64,000 nt of DNA from Octopus sinensis. Its lineage: Eukaryota. The stretch covers positions 92,194,001 to 92,258,000 of the forward strand of contig NC_043002.1 of assembly GCF_006345805.1 (NCBI RefSeq). Reading direction: 5' to 3'. The notes beneath the pieces were generated by a model. The model ran no database searches. It saw nothing but the letters and a program-made list of their open reading frames with translations, and was not told the origin of the DNA. Positions 1-12,666 of the stretch are shown here, one piece after another. Positions within the stretch are counted from its first letter, which is position 1, and each line of letters opens with the position of its first letter. The translations under genes and the position numbers were made by a program.

Positions 1-235
1 ACTTTCCGGACAACCCAATATATTCTGTATTCTTATTTTGGTAAGTACCTGTTCATTACACCTTTATTTTATTATCCTCATTAAGGCTACTAAATATTTT
101 GAGGAAAAATCTTTACCTGGTTTCTCAACCTGCATGAAAGTGTAACCAAATCACACACTACCCCCATAACGAAGGAAGAATTCATTGGATAATACAGTCC
201 TCGACACCTTGTCCGAATAGAAGACATGACGTCTT

Positions 236-471
236 GGGCGACGAGGTGGCAGAATCGTTAGCACGCCGGGCGAAATGCGTAACTGTATTTCGTCTGCCGT
301 TACGTTTCGAGTTCAAATTCCGCCGAGGTCAACTTTGCCTTTCATCCTTTCGGGGTCGATTAAATAAGTACCAGTTATGCACTGGGGTCGATATAATCGA
401 CTTAATCTGTTTGTCTGTCCTTGTTTGTCCTGCCTGTGTTTAGCCCCTTGTGTGTAGTAAAGAAATAGGTA
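236..471 (+). mobile_element. SINE-A (tRNA-like head, B-box GAGTTCAAATTCC, long tail ending AAAGAAATAGGT)
   Basis: Matches the consensus GGCGGCGAGCTGGCAGAA...GACTTTGCCTTTCATCCTTTCGGGGTCGATAAA...AGCCCCTTGTGGGTAGTAAAGAAATA seen >20 times in the window. Confidence 0.85.
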
Positions 472-590
472 AATGTCTCTGTGGAGTACTCAGCCACTTG
501 TACATTAATTTCACCAGCAGGCTGTTCTGTTGATCGGAACATCTGGAACCCTCGTCGACGTAACAGACCAAGTGCCATACAGTTGGTTGG
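472..590 (+). mobile_element. 3' tail fragment of SINE-C3
   Basis: TCTGTGGAGTACTCAGCCACTT...GGAACCCTCGTCG matches the tail of the full copy at 53671-54050. Confidence 0.7.
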
Positions 591-654
591 ATAACCTCAG
601 CTGAACGAAGTTTTCCAACTCGCTACATTGTATATGTGAGACAATATCATATTT

Positions 655-1074
655 GGATCTTATCGGTTTGAACGGCAGTTCTTTTCTAGCGGTGTTATAT
701 GAAATTGTCACCCATAATTATGACCCTAGTATCGATCTATTGCATTTCAATCTGTTTCAGGGTTAGGGTTAGGGGTGGGAGGAAGGGTATCTTTTTTTCT
801 TCAGAAATGTAAATAAACCCAATCTGTTTCTTAAACGATGGACATATTCATACGGCACAGAATGTTTTTTTTACCTCAATACACGTCATTGATTTGTTGA
901 AATTGCAGAAATTGAAGAAAAAAACAACAAATATCTTACAAACTATAGAATTTTCTCAATAAAGCCAAGAGAAAAAGATGTTTCATAAACACATTCTACC
1001 AGTATACGAAGTTTAAAATTTTTTTAGTTACCTAGAAATTATGTTTAAAACTGCCGTTCAAACCGAAAAGATCC
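655..1074 (+). mobile_element. MITE with ~26-bp TIRs (GGATCTTTTCGGTTTGAACGGCAGTT) and an internal short (TTAGGG)n tract
   Basis: TIR at 655 and its reverse complement ending 1074; same internal sequence in opposite orientation at 2201-2806; superfamily not assigned. Confidence 0.85.
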
Positions 1075-1204
1075 TCATATTTTATGAATGACCACTGTGT
1101 ATGCCTGGTACATTTTGTTTATTAACGATTCCCTGGAGGAGCGAAAGACAGTTAATTTCTCCAAGATGTAAAACTCGAAGACAAATGAGCGAACTAAATA
1201 TTGG

Positions 1205-1845
1205 TTTCAAAAATTCTGGCACAAAGCCAACAATTACATCGACCTCAGTGTTCGGCTGATACTTATTTTATCGACCAAAAAAAAGATGAAAGGCAAAGTG
1301 GAATTGGAATTCAGAACGTGAAGAGGGACGAAGTGCAGCTCGGCATTTTGCCCGGCATGCTTACGATTCTGCCAGCTCGCCGCCTTCGGGCTGAACTAAA
1401 TATTAGTTTAGAAATTTGGCACTAGGCCAGAGGTTCCCTGGGGAGGGAGTAAGTTCGTTGCATCGATCCCGGTGCCTAACTTGTTTCTATTTTATCGCCC
1501 CCGAAAGGATTAAAGGTATGGTTGACCTCGGCAGGTCAATTGGTTTGAAGTTAGAGCGTAAATAATCGGAAGAAACGCCGTAGAGCACTCTGTCCAACAC
1601 ACTGAGGATTTTGTCAGTTCACCACCTTCTCGAACTTCATAATGCTGGTTTCAAATTTTGGCACAATGCCAGCAATTTGGGGGTGGGGAGGATTAAGTCT
1701 ATTACATTGACCCCAGTGCTTAAATGGTACCTATTTTATCGACTCTGTAAGGATGAAAGGCAAAGTCGACCTCGACGGAATTTGAGCTCAGAAAGTAAAG
1801 GCGGACGAAGTGCCACTAAGCTCGCTGCCTTCCGACTCTACTAAA
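1205..1845 (-). mobile_element. Cluster of three older SINE-A copies
   Basis: Repeated reverse-complement core GATGAAAGGCAAAGTCGACCTCGGCGGAATTTGAACTCAGAA, with the short GGCACAAGGCCAGCAATT-type tail. Confidence 0.7.
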
Positions 1846-2200
1846 TACTGACGTACGTTTATATATCTCAAAGAATCGAGGAAAGTATTGCTGAGACAAT
1901 TATGGCTGTCCTCATGATCAGCACAATGGTTATTATGAGGACAGACAACGAAGATGATAATGGTGATAATGATAATAACGACGACGACGACGACGACGAT
2001 GATGATACGATGACGATGACGACGCCGGCAGCGGCGGCGACGGCGCGGCATTCATTTTGAATTCATAATTTGCAGAAGGTAGCTTCCCTCGCTTGAACAA
2101 CAGTAACATCAACGCATGTGGAATCACAAGAGAATTACCTATGGCCAATAATGGAGCCTTGTCGGTGTTCTCTCGACGTTCTAAGATTAGCAACTAAATT

Positions 2201-2806
2201 GGATCTTTTCGGTTTGAACGGCAGTTTTTAACATAATTTCTAGGTAACTAAAAAATTTTAAACTTCGTATACTGGTAGAATGTGTTTATAAAACATCTTT
2301 TTTCTCTTGGCTTTATTGAGAAAATTCTATAGTTTGTAAGATATTTGTTGTTGTTTTTTCTTCAATTTCTGCAATTTCAACCAATCGATGACCGTCTATT
2401 GAGGTGAAAACATTCTGTGCCGTATGAATTTGTCCCTCGTTTAAGAAACAGATCGGGTTTATTTACATTTATGAAGAAAAAAGATACCCTTCCCCCCATC
2501 CCTAACCCTAACCCTAACCCAAGCTGCCAGACGAGATGGTGAAGATGCCGACGACCGCTTTGTTCAAAGGCTCCCTTGACCTCAAGTGGCCTGAACTCTT
2601 TACATGAACACCACCCTGTACTTAACACCATGTCACCCTACATGGCCTTGCTTTTTGCTTTTGAGCCAAAAAATTAACTAACTAACTAACTAACCCTAAC
2701 CTAAAACAGATTTAAATGCAATAGATCGATACTAGGGTCATAATTATGGGTGACAATTTCATATGACACCGCTAGAAAAAAACTGCCGTTCAAACCGAAA
2801 AGATCC
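2201..2806 (-). mobile_element. Second GGATC-TIR MITE copy, inverted relative to 655-1074, carrying a CR1 insertion
   Basis: TIRs at 2201 and ending 2806; internal sequence is the reverse complement of copy 1 plus ~170 extra bp. Confidence 0.85.
2521..2690 (+). mobile_element. 5'-truncated CR1-type LINE 3' end with a (TAAC)4 tail
   Basis: 2521-2607 translates KLPDEMVKMPTTALFKGSLDLKWPELFT*, like the CR1 ORF2 terminus (WNxLPxEVVxAxSxxxFKxxLDxxW); short UTR, then a tandem-repeat tail. Confidence 0.7.
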
Positions 2807-3129
2807 GGATAACGTAATCCCAAATAGACTGTCTGAATTAAAGACAAGATGGGCGTAGACAGCATAAATATACTATCTGTTCAATAACAAATTCGTACTC
2901 AATCTGTTAACTAAGTCCCATATCTTATTTACTCAACCTCTAAAGAACGAGGTCATATTTAATTAATTCATGTTTTCTCGTTTGAGTGGTTTTCAGCTTT
3001 TGCTCGGCGCTAACAATAAATCACGGAGACGTTCGTCAATTTCCGATTAATTTGTGCTACATCAGCAGCAATCTTACAATATTTTTACCTCTCTTCTTCA
3101 CGTAACTGGGTCAAAACACGCACACACAC

Positions 3130-3136
3130 TTTCTCA

Positions 3137-3177
<41 letters not shown>

Positions 3178-3255
3178 GTATGTATATATATGTATATATG
3201 TATGTATATATATATGTATATATATATATGTATATATATATATATGTATAATATG

Positions 3256-3314
<59 letters not shown>

Positions 3315-3365
3315 GTATATATATATATGTATATATATGTATATATATGTATATATATATATATA

Positions 3366-3436
<71 letters not shown>

Positions 3437-3440
3437 AACA
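3130..3440. repeat. (TA)n/(TATG)n microsatellite
   Basis: Direct inspection; source of the YI-repeat ORFs. Confidence 0.95.
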
Positions 3441-3894
3441 CGCACAATACATGTCGCTACGGAGGAAATACGGACTCACCAGGACTTCATTTACGAGACA
3501 GCTATCTTTCATCCAACTAGGCATTGTGACTCCTTGTTGTCTAATTAACGAATAGCCGTAATAATTGTTTGACCGACATTTTAGCTATTTAACCTAAATT
3601 CTTCATCTGAAACCTATCACTGAAATTAGCCAGATATTGCTAATAGCAATCAGAAAGTCTGGTATGGTGAAATGTTTCTTTATTTAAAACATGCGGATTC
3701 AGTTAGCAGATGGTTAACAGCGACTTGTTCTAATGCTCTTAGCACCTACTGTTATCATCTTGCGTCTACCACCACCACCACCACCACCATCACCATCACC
3801 ACCACCACCACTACTACGACTACCACCACCACTACCACCGCTACCACCACCTCTTCTACTACTATCACCACAAACCGTCTTTACCTGGATATTA

Positions 3895-4288
3895 TTTTAG
3901 TCTTTTACTCTTTTACTTGTTTCAGTCATTTGACTGCGGCCATGCTGGAGCACCGCCTTTAATCGAGCAACTCGAACCCGGGACTTGTTCTTTTGTAAGC
4001 CCAGTACTTATTCTATCGGTCTCTTTTGCCGAACCGCTAAGTAACGGGGACGTAAACACACCAGCATAGGGGGACAAACACAGACACACAAACACACACA
4101 CATATACATATATATACATATATACAACGGGCTTCTTTCAGTTTCCGTCTACCAAATCCACTCACAAGGCTTTGGTCGGCCCGAGGCTATAGTAGAAGAC
4201 ACTTACCCAAGGTGTCACACAGTGGGATTGAACCTGGAACCGTGTGGTTGGTAAACAAGCTACTTACCACACAGCCACTCCTCCGCCT
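3895..4288 (-). mobile_element. SINE-B (head GGCGCAGGAGTGGCTGTGTGG, internal TA/TG microsatellite, tail GAAACAAGTAAAAGAG)
   Basis: Full-length reverse-complement match to copies at 28154, 54357 and 61165. Confidence 0.85.
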
Positions 4289-4289
4289 A

Positions 4290-4348
4290 TCACCACAATC
4301 ACAACCGTACTCACCTCCACCTTCAACACCGCCGCCGCCATCATCACC

Positions 4349-4385
<37 letters not shown>

Positions 4386-4640
4386 TCACCAAAAAGCATC
4401 TTTATCTGGATGCCACAACTGCAACCACCACCGTCCCATCCACCAATATCACCCTTACCACTACAACCACCATCATCCAGCTTTCCACCACCCCCACCAT
4501 CTCCATCATCACTACCATCAACACGAGTATGCCATTGGCACCATCACCACCATCATCACAATCTGCATCACTACTATCACAAAACACTATCTTAGCTAAT
4601 ATCAACTATTGGTTCAACTTCCATTCCTTCATGACCACCC
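4290..4640. repeat. Degenerate (ACC/ACT/ATC)n low-complexity tract
   Basis: Direct inspection. Confidence 0.9.
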
Positions 4641-5074
4641 CTACCAACAATGAAGCATCTCCATAGTTTTCAGCTCAGCTAGAAATAACAGCCAATTCTT
4701 CCTCAAATTGTATTCTGTAATACAAACTAGATTTTGTTAACTTGGAGGTGGGAGAGTCACAGCTGGATCACATTCAGCTATAGATCTGTTTGAGCAGATG
4801 TGACCGTGGGCTAAACAATGAGAATACACATTTTATCCTCACACACCAAAAACTAGTTTCGAATTATTAAACAAGATGGCGGCCATCCCTTTCCACCCTC
4901 CTCCTTTCTTACTTCCCCTTTTCCTTCCCCCTCCCCTCCCCCCAAATGTCAGGCCTTGTGCTTATAGTAGAAAGGATTATTATTATTATCATTATTATTA
5001 TCATTATTATTATCATTATTATTATCATTATTATTATCATTATTATTATCATTATTATTATTATTATTATTATT

Positions 5075-6830
5075 GGTCAGCTGGCAGAATCGTTAGCATG
5101 CTGGGCAAAGTGTTTCATGGTATTTCATCCGTACTTACGGTCTGAGTTCAAATTCCACGAAGGTCGACTTTGCCTTACATCTTTTCAAGGTCAATGAAAT
5201 AAATACCAGTTATGCACTGGGGTCAATGTAATCGACTATCCCCCCCTCCACCGTCCCACACACACATGCACGATTTCAGGCCTTGTGCCTGTAGTAGAAA
5301 GGATTATTATTATTGTTGTTGTTGAGATGGCAGAAGGCTGTGTGGTAAGTAGCTTGCTTACCAACCACATGGTTCTGGGTTCAGTCCCACTGTATGGCAT
5401 CTTGTAAGTGGATTTGGTAGACGGAAACTGAAAGAAGCCCATCGTATATATGTATATATTTGTGTGTGTATGTTTGTGTGTCTGTTTGTCCCCCTAGCAT
5501 TGCTTAACAACCAATGCTGGTGTGTTTATGTCCCCGTTACTTAGCAGTTCGGCAACAGAGACCGATAGAATAAGTACTTGGCTTACAAAGAATAGGTCCC
5601 AGGGTCGATTTGCTTGACTAAAGGCGGTGCTCCAGCATGGCCACAGTCAAATAACTGAAACAAGTAAAAGAGTAATGCCGAGAAAAATGTTTGGTGGCAT
5701 CTTGCTTCTCCTTATGTTCTGAGTTCAAATTCTGCTGAGGTTGACTTTGCCTTGCATCCTTTTGGGGTCTAAATTAAGAACCAGAAAAGTACTGGGGTTG
5801 ATGGGACTGACCATCCTCCTCTCCTCAAATTCCATTATCAAGTCCTTCACATTCAGAGTGAACAGAATTGCTACCATGCTGGACAAGATGCTCAGCAGCA
5901 TTTCATCCATCTTTGTGTTCTGAGTTCAGATTCTGCTGAGGTCAACTTTGCCTGTCATACTTTCAGGATAAAATAAGTACCAGTTGAGCACTGGGGTCAA
6001 TGTAATTGACTTACCCCCCTCTTCCAATATTGCTGGCCTTGTGCTAAAATTTGAAATCATTATCATTATTATAATTATTATTGTTGTTATTATTAAGAAG
6101 GCAGTGAGCTGGCAGAATTGTTGATGTGCTGGATGAGGTCAAATTCTGCTGAGATTGACATTGCTTTTCATCCATTCGGCGTCGATAAATTAAGTACCAG
6201 TGAAACAGTGGGGTTGATGTAATCAACTAGTACTCTCCCCAAAATTGCTGCCCTTGTGGCAAAATTTTAAATCATTATTGTTTTTATTAAGGTGGTGAGG
6301 TGGCAGAGTTATAAGTATGCCAGAGGACATACCTTAACATTTCTTTGAGTCTTCTATTCCCTGAGTTCAATTCTGGCTGAAGTCAACTTTGCATTTCATC
6401 CTTTTCTGCTCTAGGCGCAAGGGTCGAAATTTTTGGGGAGGGTCCCAGTCGATTGGATCAACCCAGTATGCAATTGGTATTTAATTTATCGACCCTGAAA
6501 AGACGAAAGGCAAAGTCAACCTCAGCAGAATTTCAAGTACCAGTTATGCACTGGGGTCAATCTAATTGACTTAATCCCTTTGTCTGTCTTTGTTTGTCCC
6601 CTCTATGTTTAGCCCCTTCTGGGCTAAGAATTGTGAAATAAGAATTTCAACTTAGAGCATAAAGACAGGCGAAATACCACTAAGCATTTTGCCTGACATG
6701 CTAACGTTTCTGCCAGCTCACCGCCTTTTGCGTTTCATACTTATGAGATGAATGAAATAAAGTACCAGACAAGCACTGGACTTGATGAAATCAACTAAGC
6801 CCTTAAAATTGCTGGCCTTGTGTTAAAATT
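5075..6830. mobile_element. Dense cluster of CpG-decayed SINE-A fragments plus one SINE-B (5325-5672)
   Basis: Consensus CCGCCGAGGTCGAC appears as CTGCTGAGGTTGAC / CTCAGCAGAA; copies in both orientations. Confidence 0.75.
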
Positions 6831-7354
6831 TTTTATAGCCACCAAAAATAGTATCCACAATTAATACCATTTCTATAACAAGCATCACAGGGTTAGTATC
6901 AAAATTAATACGATTTTAACTATTGCAACCACCACAGAGTTACTATGACATTTAGACTAATTAATATTGCAACTACAGGGGTACTACCACTGTTAATAAC
7001 ATTACTATTACAGCCATCACAATGTTATTAACATGCACAAAGTTACTAATTTAATCACTACAGTGTTGCTAAAATAAGCTTGGCAAAATCATTAGCATGA
7101 CAGAATTGTTAGCATACCAGACAAGATGCTTAGCCACATTTCGTCTGTCATTACATTCTGAGTTCAAATTCTACCAAACTCAACATTTCAGGCCCAATAA
7201 AAGAAGTTCCATTTGAACCCTAGATTTGATGTAATCTACTTAAATCCTTCTTCCAAAATTGCTGGCCTTGTGCCAAAATTTGAGACCGAAATTACTATCG
7301 TTACTGTTATAACTGTCACAGAGTTAATGCCAGTATTAATATCTTTATTATTAC

Positions 7355-7700
7355 AAGTGTAGGTACATGGTTCAATGGTTAGAGTGTTGGGCTCACAACC
7401 ATGAGGTAGTGGGTTTGATTACCAGACTGGGCTGTGTGTTATGTTCTTGAGCAAGACACTTTATTTCACATTACTCCAGTTGACTCAGCTGTAGAAATGA
7501 GTTGTGATGTCACTGGAGCCAAGCTATATCAGCCTTTGCTTTTCCCTTGGACAACATTGGTGGTGTTGAGAGGGGGGGGTTGATATGCATGGGTGACTGC
7601 TGGTCTTCCGTAAACAATCTTGCCTAGACTTGTGCCTTGGAAGGGAACTTTTTAGGTGCCATCTCATGGTCATTCTTGACTGAAGTGGGGTCTTTACCCT
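7355..7700 (+). mobile_element. tRNA-headed SINE with a CORE-like central domain
   Basis: TTGAGCAAGACACTTTATTTCAC...CTCAGCTGTAGAAATGAGT; related copies at ~13740-13930 (-), 29900-30050 (-) and 36060-36215 (+). Confidence 0.6.
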
Positions 7701-7719
7701 ATTTACTATTACAGGTATC

Positions 7720-8395
7720 TTAGTATTTGGATGCCAGGTAACTGGCTCCCAAAGATGGTCCCAAAGATGGTCCCAAAGATGGTCCCAAAGACGGGATTGT
7801 AAATGGAAGTAGGTCTCATAGATGTCCAAAACTTTGTTTTCATAATCATTTCAAGTGGTCTCTCATTTTATGCAGTGTCCATCCCAATTGGCTGGAGGCC
7901 CTGGTTGTTAATCATAAGTCATGGAGATCAGTGTGGAATGCTGGCACAGAGCACTTTGAAACTGAATGTAGAACACTGCACGGAGAGAGGAGGAGACGTC
8001 AATATTACCCCTGTTGTTTGGGGTCACTTTCAGTGTTCTCAATACCACAGGATCTATCTCATATGATCTTTTCAGCCATGAAACTCCCAATCAGTTGGAG
8101 GCCCTGACTGTTAATCATAAGGCATGGCAGTCCATGTGGAATACTGGAGTGGAGTGGTTTGAAACCGAATGTAGAAGACTACAGAGAGAGAGGAGGAGAT
8201 GTCATTATCTCACAATAGCTGTTGTCCGGGGTCACTTTCAGTGCTCTCAGTACTACAAATCTGTCTGTTTTGTATTGGTCTTGCCAACCAAGTCCGCTCC
8301 CATGAGAAACAATGTGCCAGAGGTGGAGGAGGATGAATATCTTGGACTGACGATGTCATCACCTTTGATGAGCTGTTGCAAGCAAGTAAGCAATT
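7720..8395 (+). pseudogene. RTE-clade LINE ORF C-terminal relic with an internal tandem duplication
   Basis: Translates ...LEALVVNHKSWRSVWNAGTEHFETECR... twice, then a degenerate C2H2-like IGLANQVRSHEKQC; GCAAGCAAGTAAGCAA tail; 12-bp unit CCCAAAGATGGT x3-4 at ~7748-7794. Confidence 0.7.
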
Positions 8396-9554
8396 ACAAA
8401 TATCAGATTTTGATTACCAGAGTTAATATGATTATTATTGAAACAACACTATTACTACCAAATTAATGCTATTTGTATTACAACTACCATAGTATTACTC
8501 TAATTGTCAATAATCTTTAACAAAATAACAATCACATTGGTACTAACAATCACAAATAATGATTATTACCTTAGTCAATACTGTAATGATACAACAACCA
8601 CAGTTTCATTTCCAAAGTTAATCTCATTAGTATTACACTCACCACAGTGTTACTACCAAAATTTATTAATTACCAATATACTGTTGCAATCTTCAATGCA
8701 TTGCTAGCACTGTTAATGATAGAATTACTATTTCAATCATCACAGTGACCTTAACCACATTTAATACAGTTACTGTTGCAACCATGACAAACCCTGTTAT
8801 TATCACTGTTATAACCATGAGTCACCAACACCAGCATCTTCATCATCATCATCATCATAACCACAACCATTTTCATCATTGTCTTCATCATCGTCATTGC
8901 CGTCATCATCATCATCATCATCATTGTCTTCATTGTCATTTCATCATCATCATCTTCATCATCATCATCATCATCACCGTTTCAGATTTTGGCACAAGGC
9001 CAGTAATTTCAGGAGAGCAGAGTTAAGTCAATTACATCAACTCCAGTACCCAAGTAGTACTTTTATTTCATCAACCACTGAAAGGATGAAGGGCAAAGAT
9101 GACCTCAGCAGAATTTGAACTCAAAACACACAAGGAGATGAAATGCCACTAAGCATTTTGCCTGATGCTGTAATGATTCTGCCAGCTTCTGCCTTAGAAT
9201 ATTCCATTAATATTACAATCTTCATACCACTATGACCACAGTTAATATTTTTAATATTCTGATAACATCATTGTTACAACAGTCACAGGGTAACTACCAC
9301 ATTTCATATTATTACTTTTACAGCCATCACAGTGTAACTACTATAGTTAATACCATTATTATTATAACCATCAAACTATTATTACGAAAGACAATACCTT
9401 TACTTTCAGAGTCTCCATGTTATTATTACCACAGATAATACTATTATAATAACCACCAAAAGCAGTGCTACTTCTACAGATAATAGCATTTCTATAACAA
9501 GGATCACAGTATTATTACCATGGCTATTATTATTATTATTATTATCATTATTAT

Positions 9555-10020
9555 TGAGTGAGAGAGCAGTTCATGCCATCAAAGTGACACTGGGGTAAAA
9601 TATACGAAGCCCAATATACCCATCATGACTACCCGTCTGATAAGGGTACACCAGGCACATGCATCACAACCATATGTGCGTGACATGGTGATATCAAATA
9701 AAGATAAACAGCGCATGACCTTGCAGGTGGGGCCCAGTTAGAATTTTCTTCAGGTTGAGTAGCCCATCTCGCTCAAAAGGTCCCTGAATAAGGGTTGTTT
9801 AAGGATGTTGAAAGAACCACCCATGTTTCCAGAGGTGAATTATTCAAACCCCAAAGAATTCCTCTCAACACATGGCTATGATGCTCCCCCACTACTTCTG
9901 CTCGTGATCAGAGATGCACATATCATCAGCCACTAAGGGACATGCTCAACTGGTTATGGTCAAACAACTGACAAGCAAATCTGTAGTATTGAGCAGAATA
10001 TTTGCTGTAGCCCATCTTTT
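9555..10020 (-). mobile_element. Non-coding retroelement 3' segment with an (AAT)n tail (LINE 3'UTR or SINE)
   Basis: Homologous plus-strand copy at ~30500-30860, split by a SINE-A; (TTA)n flanks. Confidence 0.55.
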
Positions 10021-10023
10021 ATA

Positions 10024-10091
<68 letters not shown>

Positions 10092-10959
10092 CATTATTAC
10101 ATAAGGCAGTGAGCTGGCAGAATCATTAGCATGCCAGGTAAAATACTTAACACCACTTCATCAACCTCTACATTCTGAGTTCAAATTCCACCAAGGTTGA
10201 CTTTGCCTTTCATCTTTTTGGGGTCGATAAAATAATTACCAGTTGATAAAGGATAATCATCTTATCCTTTATCCAGAAATTGCTAGCCTTGTGCCAAAAT
10301 TTTGAAACCAATACTGCAATTGTTAATAACATTGCTATTGCAACCATCAGAGTTATTACAACCACATATAATCTTTTCTACTATAGGAACAAGGCCTGAA
10401 ATTTTGGGGGAAGGGGCAAGTCGATTACATCGACCCCAGTACTCAACTGGTACTTAATTTATTGACCATGAAAGGATGAAAGGCAAAGATGACCTCAGCA
10501 GAATTTGAACTCAGAACGTAGCTGCAGCCGAAATACCGCTAAGCATTTTGCCAGCTCAGTGCCTTTACAAACAGATATAATACCTTAACTATTACAAATC
10601 CCTCAGGGTTATAACCACAGTTCATATCATTAAAACAGTCACATGGTTAGTACTAATACCCTTTCTATTGCAAAAATCACACTGATACTATCATAAATAA
10701 AACTATTATTAATACAAACATCACAAAGTTATTACAGGTCAATACAATTAATATCACAGTGTTATAACTATAGAACAGTTTTTCTATAATAAACATCACA
10801 ATGTTATTACTGCAGTTGATATCATTATTATAACTATCACAATGTTGCTACCATAGTTAATATGATTATTGCATAAAAAATAACCATGTTTCTATAGCTA
10901 ATATCTTTATGTTACATAGTTAATATCCAGTAGTTAATTCTGCTGTCGTTAATATTTTT

Positions 10960-11365
10960 GCTATCAGAAGAAACACTGTTTCGACCTTGTGCTTGAGGAG
11001 ACCTATTGAGTCAAGTACATCAACATCAAAAATCAATGGAAATTGTAGTCGTGATCCCTGTGCCGGTGGCACATAAAAAGCACCATCCGAACGTGGCCAA
11101 TGCCAGCGCCGCCTTGACTGGCTTCTGTGCTGGTGGCACGTAAAAAGCACCAATCCAATTGTGGCTGTTGCTAGCCTCGCCTGGCACATAAAAAGCACCT
11201 ACTACACTCACGGAGTGGTTAGCGTTAGGAAGGGCATCCAGCGGTAGAAACACTGCCAGATCAGACTGGAGCCTGGTGCAGCCTTCTAGCTTCCCAGATC
11301 CCGGTCGAACCGTCCAACCCATGCTAGCATGGAAAACGGATGTTAAACGAAGATGATGATGATAA
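10960..11365 (+). mobile_element. SINE with GGAAGGGCATCCAGC central motif, three GGCACRTAAAAAGCACC subrepeats and a (GAT)n tail
   Basis: Related copies at 16020-16300, ~16540-16720, 18965-19200 and 43985-44165. Confidence 0.65.
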
Positions 11366-11394
11366 CATAGACAACCTAGATATGTTTTAGCCAA

Positions 11395-11765
11395 AGATTA
11401 GCCAGGGTCATGCCTAATTTAATAGCAACCACCTGATAGGACTTGCTAGGTCATTTTTAAGGAAAGTTTTGTGGTATCATGGCTCATTCAAGTAGGGATT
11501 TATTGTTGACTGAGATACATCCAAGTAAGGGAGGCTTATCTGACATCCCTTGGAAAAAATTTGTCCTGGTTTCATTTGAAGGAAATGAGATCTTTTTTCT
11601 TTGATTTGTTTTGGAATAATGTTAAATAGAGCAGGGCCTGTTGAGGTAAAAATTGTGTTGCAGTGAATTTATGTGTTTTAAACCTGAATTGTGTAAGTGG
11701 CATATGGCATGTGGCCCCCAGTCTTGGCTAAATTCTGGACCTGATGTTAAGGTCATCTGGACAAT
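11395..11765 (-). pseudogene. CR1-group LINE ORF2 3' relic with UTR
   Basis: Minus strand gives GPALFNIIPKQIKE...DLISFK*NQDKFFQGMSDKP...NNKSLLE with frameshifts. Confidence 0.6.
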
Positions 11766-11789
11766 GCTGGTGGTATATTCTTTTCTACT

Positions 11790-12178
11790 GTAGGCACAAG
11801 GCCTAAAATTGGGGGGGGGGGGCAGTCGATTTGATCAACCCCAGTATGCAACTGGTACTTAATTTATTGACCCTCAAAGGATGAAAGGCAAAGTCACCCT
11901 TGGTGGAATTTGAACTCAGAACTTAAAGACGACGAAATACCTATTTCTTTACTACCCACAAGGAGCTAAACACAGAGAGGACAAACAAGGACAGACAAAC
12001 GGATTAAGTCGATTATATCAACCCCAGTGCATAAGTGGTACTTATTTAATCAACCCCCGAAAGGATGAAAGGCAAAGTCAACCTCGGCGGAATTTGAACT
12101 CAGAACGTAACGGAAGACGAAATACCGCTAAGCATTTCGCCAGGTGTGCTAATGTTTCTGCCAGCTTACTGCCTTAAT
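11790..12178 (-). mobile_element. SINE-A dimer (long-tail unit + headless short-tail unit)
   Basis: Junction GACGAAATAC|CTATTTCTTT at ~11940, the reverse complement of the junction in the plus-strand dimers. Confidence 0.75.
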
Positions 12179-12464
12179 GCCGGTGGTTTATTACACCTTC
12201 AAAGGCTATTGCATGAGTTAGTATCTCTATTACTACAACAAATAGAAATAATGTTATAGCAACCATTAATACCATTACTGTAAGAACTATCAAAGAACTG
12301 ATACTATAATTAATACTGTTGCTATTACGACCAACAAAGTGTTACAGCCATGGTTAGTACTACTGTTATTAACAACCATTACAGAATTATTACAGCTGTT
12401 AATAACATTACTATTACACATTTTTACACACATAATTAGTACTATTATAATTACAAAAACCAAG

Positions 12465-12615
12465 TTGGAGTGGCTGTTTGGCAAGTAGCTTGCTTACAAA
12501 CAACATGGTTCTGGGTTCAATGGCACTTTGGGCAAGTGTCTTCTACTATAGCCTCGGGCCGCCCAAAGCCTTGTGAGTGGATTTGGTAGACAGAAACTGA
12601 AAGAAGCCCATTGTA

Positions 12616-12666
<51 letters not shown>

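Noticed and set aside
4876-5145. ORF starting at AAGATGGCGGCC (MAAIPFHPPP...)
   Set aside because: It continues into a pyrimidine tract, (ATT)n and a SINE, with no splice donor.
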